Assembly: GCA_017936765.1 (NCBI GenBank)
Contig: JAGBEX010000033.1
Coordinates: 13,040-77,039, forward strand
Direction of reading: 5' to 3'
From: Clostridia bacterium
GTDB lineage: Bacteria > Bacillota > Clostridia > Christensenellales > Aristaeellaceae
DNA: 64,000 bases
The position numbers were made by a program, and so were the translations under genes. Below the pieces are notes generated by a model, which was not told the DNA's origin, searched no databases, and saw only the letters and a list, made by a program, of their open reading frames with translations. Of the stretch, positions 62,210 to 64,000 are shown piece by piece (within the stretch, counting starts at the first letter, position 1; every line of letters starts with the position of its first letter).

Positions 62210-62231
62210 GGTTCTTTTCTATCGTGGCAAT
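62180..62231. repeat. Near-perfect 25/2/25 inverted repeat formed by two hsdS 3' ends tail-to-tail
   Basis: The left arm is attgctacgatagaaaagagcctca (62180-62204), followed by the 2-nt centre gt. The right arm is tgaggttcttttctatcgtggcaat (62207-62231). 23 of 25 positions are complementary. Confidence 0.85.
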
Positions 62232-62315
62232 AAGCGAAAAAACCTTGCCTATTGCAGCTTTAATCCGCTCTTGCTCAGAAATAGGAGGCATTGGAATAAC
62301 CGTACACCAGTTTAT
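62202..62315 (-). pseudogene. 3'-terminal fragment of a second hsdS (minus strand)
   Basis: The minus-strand frame reads ...TVIPMPPISEQERIKAAIGKVFSLIATIEKNLN*. This parallels the plus-strand HsdS end IPLPPFTEQKRLVAKATQLLNVIATIEKSLS*. It is open for only 37 codons, with no SD. Confidence 0.55.
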
Positions 62316-62329
62316 TTATATATCTTCCA

Positions 62330-63457
62330 TTAAACCTTATTTGCAACGCATCTACGAACATAAATCCCGCAGCCCAACATAGCCGTCAACGGTGCTGAAG
62401 CGATCAGGCCGAAGGAACCCACCAGCGTATTGAGCAGCTGTGAGGCGACGTACTTGAAGTTGATCACATCCATCAGCGCTGTGCCCTGCCCGGCAAAGTA
62501 CATCAGCATGGACAGGTAGTTGCCGGAGTAGGCCAGCATCAGCGTGGTGGTCATCGTGCCCAGAACGCTGCGGCCTACCACAAGGCCGCTCTTCATCAGT
62601 GCAAGACGGCTGATGTCAGGCTTGTGAAAATAGATCTCCTCCAGTGAGACTGCCACGTCCATGGAAAGATCCATCAGCGCGCCAGAGTTGGCGAGGAACA
62701 TCATGCCGATGTACAAGCTGCGGGTATCAATCGTCATGGAGGATTGCGCCAGAAGCGGTACTACATAGGGCAGATCGCCGCCATCCAGTTTCAGCAGATG
62801 GGTCAGCAGAATGGCGGACGTACAGGTCACCAGCGTGCCAGCCAGAGAGCCCGCAATGGCAATCGCGCAGCGCTTGGTGAAGCCTGCCACCAGCAGGTCG
62901 ATGATCACCGTCAGCACCACCACGGTCACGAAGGCCGCTGCGATGGGGTTTACGCCCTGCAGAAGCAGCGGAATCAGCAGTTTCCACACAATGACCGCGC
63001 TGGCGACCAGTGATACCAGCGCGCCGCAGCCGATCACGCCGCCGAAGACGATCAGCGCCAGTGCCAGCACAGCAAATATCCACATTTCCGTTTCAGCGCG
63101 GTAATGGTCAACCAGCGTCACAGCCAGCTTGCTGCTGCCCTGATGGAGCATTGCCCAGGCGGTATCACCAGGAACGAAGAGCTTATCCTTATCCAGCGCC
63201 GAATTCAGGTAGTTGTAGGACATATGGCGCTCGCCTGCATGGTCGCCCGTCAGGATGGTTACGCGGCAGATCTGCACGCCGTTGTAGGTAATGCCGATGG
63301 CATCCAGCATGGTGTTGTCCACTTCATCAATGCGCACCTGCTCGCGGGGAAAGGCATTGGTCACGTTTGTCTGCGCATCCGGCAGCAGGCACAAAAGCGC
63401 GCAAAAAATTAGCATCACGCCGCACAAAATCAAACTCTGTCTCCGCTGCTTCTTCAT
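62330..63457 (-). CDS. YibE/F-like family membrane protein
   Basis: N-terminal anchor, an extracytoplasmic domain and then about six TM helices (...LVAGFTKRCAIAIAGSLAGTLV...), typical of YibE/F. SD AAGGAG precedes ATG 63457 (Met12 of the listed ORF). Confidence 0.75.
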   Translation of the reverse strand: MKKQRRQSLILCGVMLIFCALLCLLPDAQTNVTNAFPREQVRIDEVDNTMLDAIGITYNGVQICRVTILTGDHAGERHMSYNYLNSALDKDKLFVPGDTAWAMLHQGSSKLAVTLVDHYRAETEMWIFAVLALALIVFGGVIGCGALVSLVASAVIVWKLLIPLLLQGVNPIAAAFVTVVVLTVIIDLLVAGFTKRCAIAIAGSLAGTLVTCTSAILLTHLLKLDGGDLPYVVPLLAQSSMTIDTRSLYIGMMFLANSGALMDLSMDVAVSLEEIYFHKPDISRLALMKSGLVVGRSVLGTMTTTLMLAYSGNYLSMLMYFAGQGTALMDVINFKYVASQLLNTLVGSFGLIASAPLTAMLGCGIYVRRCVANKV

Positions 63458-63470
63458 ATGGCGTCTCCTT

Positions 63471-63504
63471 AAAAAGCGGGACGCTCGCATAACGAACGCC
63501 CCGC
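63471..63504 (-). terminator. Hairpin terminator between the alkaline phosphatase and YibE/F genes
   Basis: The minus strand reads agcggggcg...cgtcccgct followed by ttttt, immediately before the YibE/F SD. Confidence 0.5.
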
Positions 63505-63519
63505 TGATGTTGTTTTGCT

Positions 63520-64000
63520 TTACTTGGTCAGGCCCATCACTTCCATGGTACGGTTGAAGATGTCGGTATTGTCGTACAGACCGGAGAAGTTCTCCGCGCC
63601 TGCGCCCATGGCGTACACGGGGATCTGCAGACCAGTGTGGGCGTAAGAGGTGTAACTCAGGCCGGCCTTGTTGTTGATGATGTGGCTGACGGCCATAGAG
63701 AAGGGCTCGTAGCCGCCGTAGAGCAGGGCAGCTTCCTCGTTGCTCATCAGGCCGATACCCATGCTCATGGCGTAGGCGGTCTTGAGGGCGGTCAGGTCAG
63801 TATCCGTCAGGGACAGGGGCTGATTGGCAGCAGTGGTCAGACCGTAGTACTTCTCGACTTCCGCCATGGCCTCGGCAAAGGAAGCACCATTCTCGCGCAG
63901 GTTGGCGATCACCGCATCAAAGTCGGTGAAGGAGATGGTCTGGTTGGTCAGGTAGCCAAAGTGGGTGTCATAACCGGTGGTGGCAAAGCCGATGGTCATG
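63520..64000 (-). CDS. Alkaline phosphatase family protein, C-terminal part (gene continues beyond window)
   Basis: ...SYAHTGLQIPVYAMGAGAENFSGLYDNTDIF matches the conserved HTG...VPV.A.GPGA...DNTDI end of PhoA-type enzymes. The frame is open to nt 64000. Confidence 0.8.
   Translation of the reverse strand, partial: MTIGFATTGYDTHFGYLTNQTISFTDFDAVIANLRENGASFAEAMAEVEKYYGLTTAANQPLSLTDTDLTALKTAYAMSMGIGLMSNEEAALLYGGYEPFSMAVSHIINNKAGLSYTSYAHTGLQIPVYAMGAGAENFSGLYDNTDIFNRTMEVMGLTK

Overview
High-GC chromosomal segment: hand counts of sampled 60-nt lines give about 55-63 % G+C. It comes from a Gram-positive anaerobe of the Clostridia type. My guess from gene order and protein sequences is Oscillospiraceae/Ruminococcaceae-like; this is inference only.

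Most of the window is core genome:
- divisome ftsQ-ftsA-ftsZ, and a class A PBP
- an orphan solute-binding protein plus galK
- FMN riboswitch-ribU; tsaE-tsaB-rimI; an FAD/Rieske oxidoreductase; tRNA-Pro(GGG); a HAD phosphatase and an aldo/keto reductase
- the minus-strand elongasome cluster maf-mreB-mreC-mreD-PBP2-minD-rodA
- tatB-like/tatA/tatC
- pectin/hexuronate genes (GH105-like, GH28, GH2, uxuA, uxuB-like)
- a cobalamin-riboswitch-controlled BtuFCD-like importer; a MATE exporter; alr; a 5-FCL ligase; rsmD-coaD
- a MacA/MacB-like pair; an MsmK-like ATPase; a PucR-like regulator plus an S41 protease
- a leader-controlled ACT-like/ABC-importer/GNAT operon; an AI-2E transporter; trkA-trkH; a partial alkaline phosphatase

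I saw no rRNA, CRISPR array, IS transposase, integrase or phage gene.

Unusual points:
1. A mosaic family of GC-rich hairpin-module repeats: 5 large copies plus 2 head-only copies. Its head is a 7-8 nt tandem array that sits next to terminator U-tracts.
2. A promoter, leader-sORF, attenuator and GNAT cassette bracketed by inverted copies of that array.
3. An adjacent low-GC islet (about 42 % G+C). It holds a solitary, start-less hsdS and an inverted hsdS 3' fragment joined tail-to-tail in a 25/2/25 palindrome.
4. minD without minC or minE, with a repeat copy in the slot upstream of minD.
5. An unclassified terminator/antiterminator leader in front of the ACT-like/ABC/GNAT operon.

I did not find a convincing multi-gene novel system such as a defence island. 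Points 1-2 and point 5 are the best candidates for something undescribed. Coordinates of non-CDS features were read by hand and may be off by 1-2 nt.
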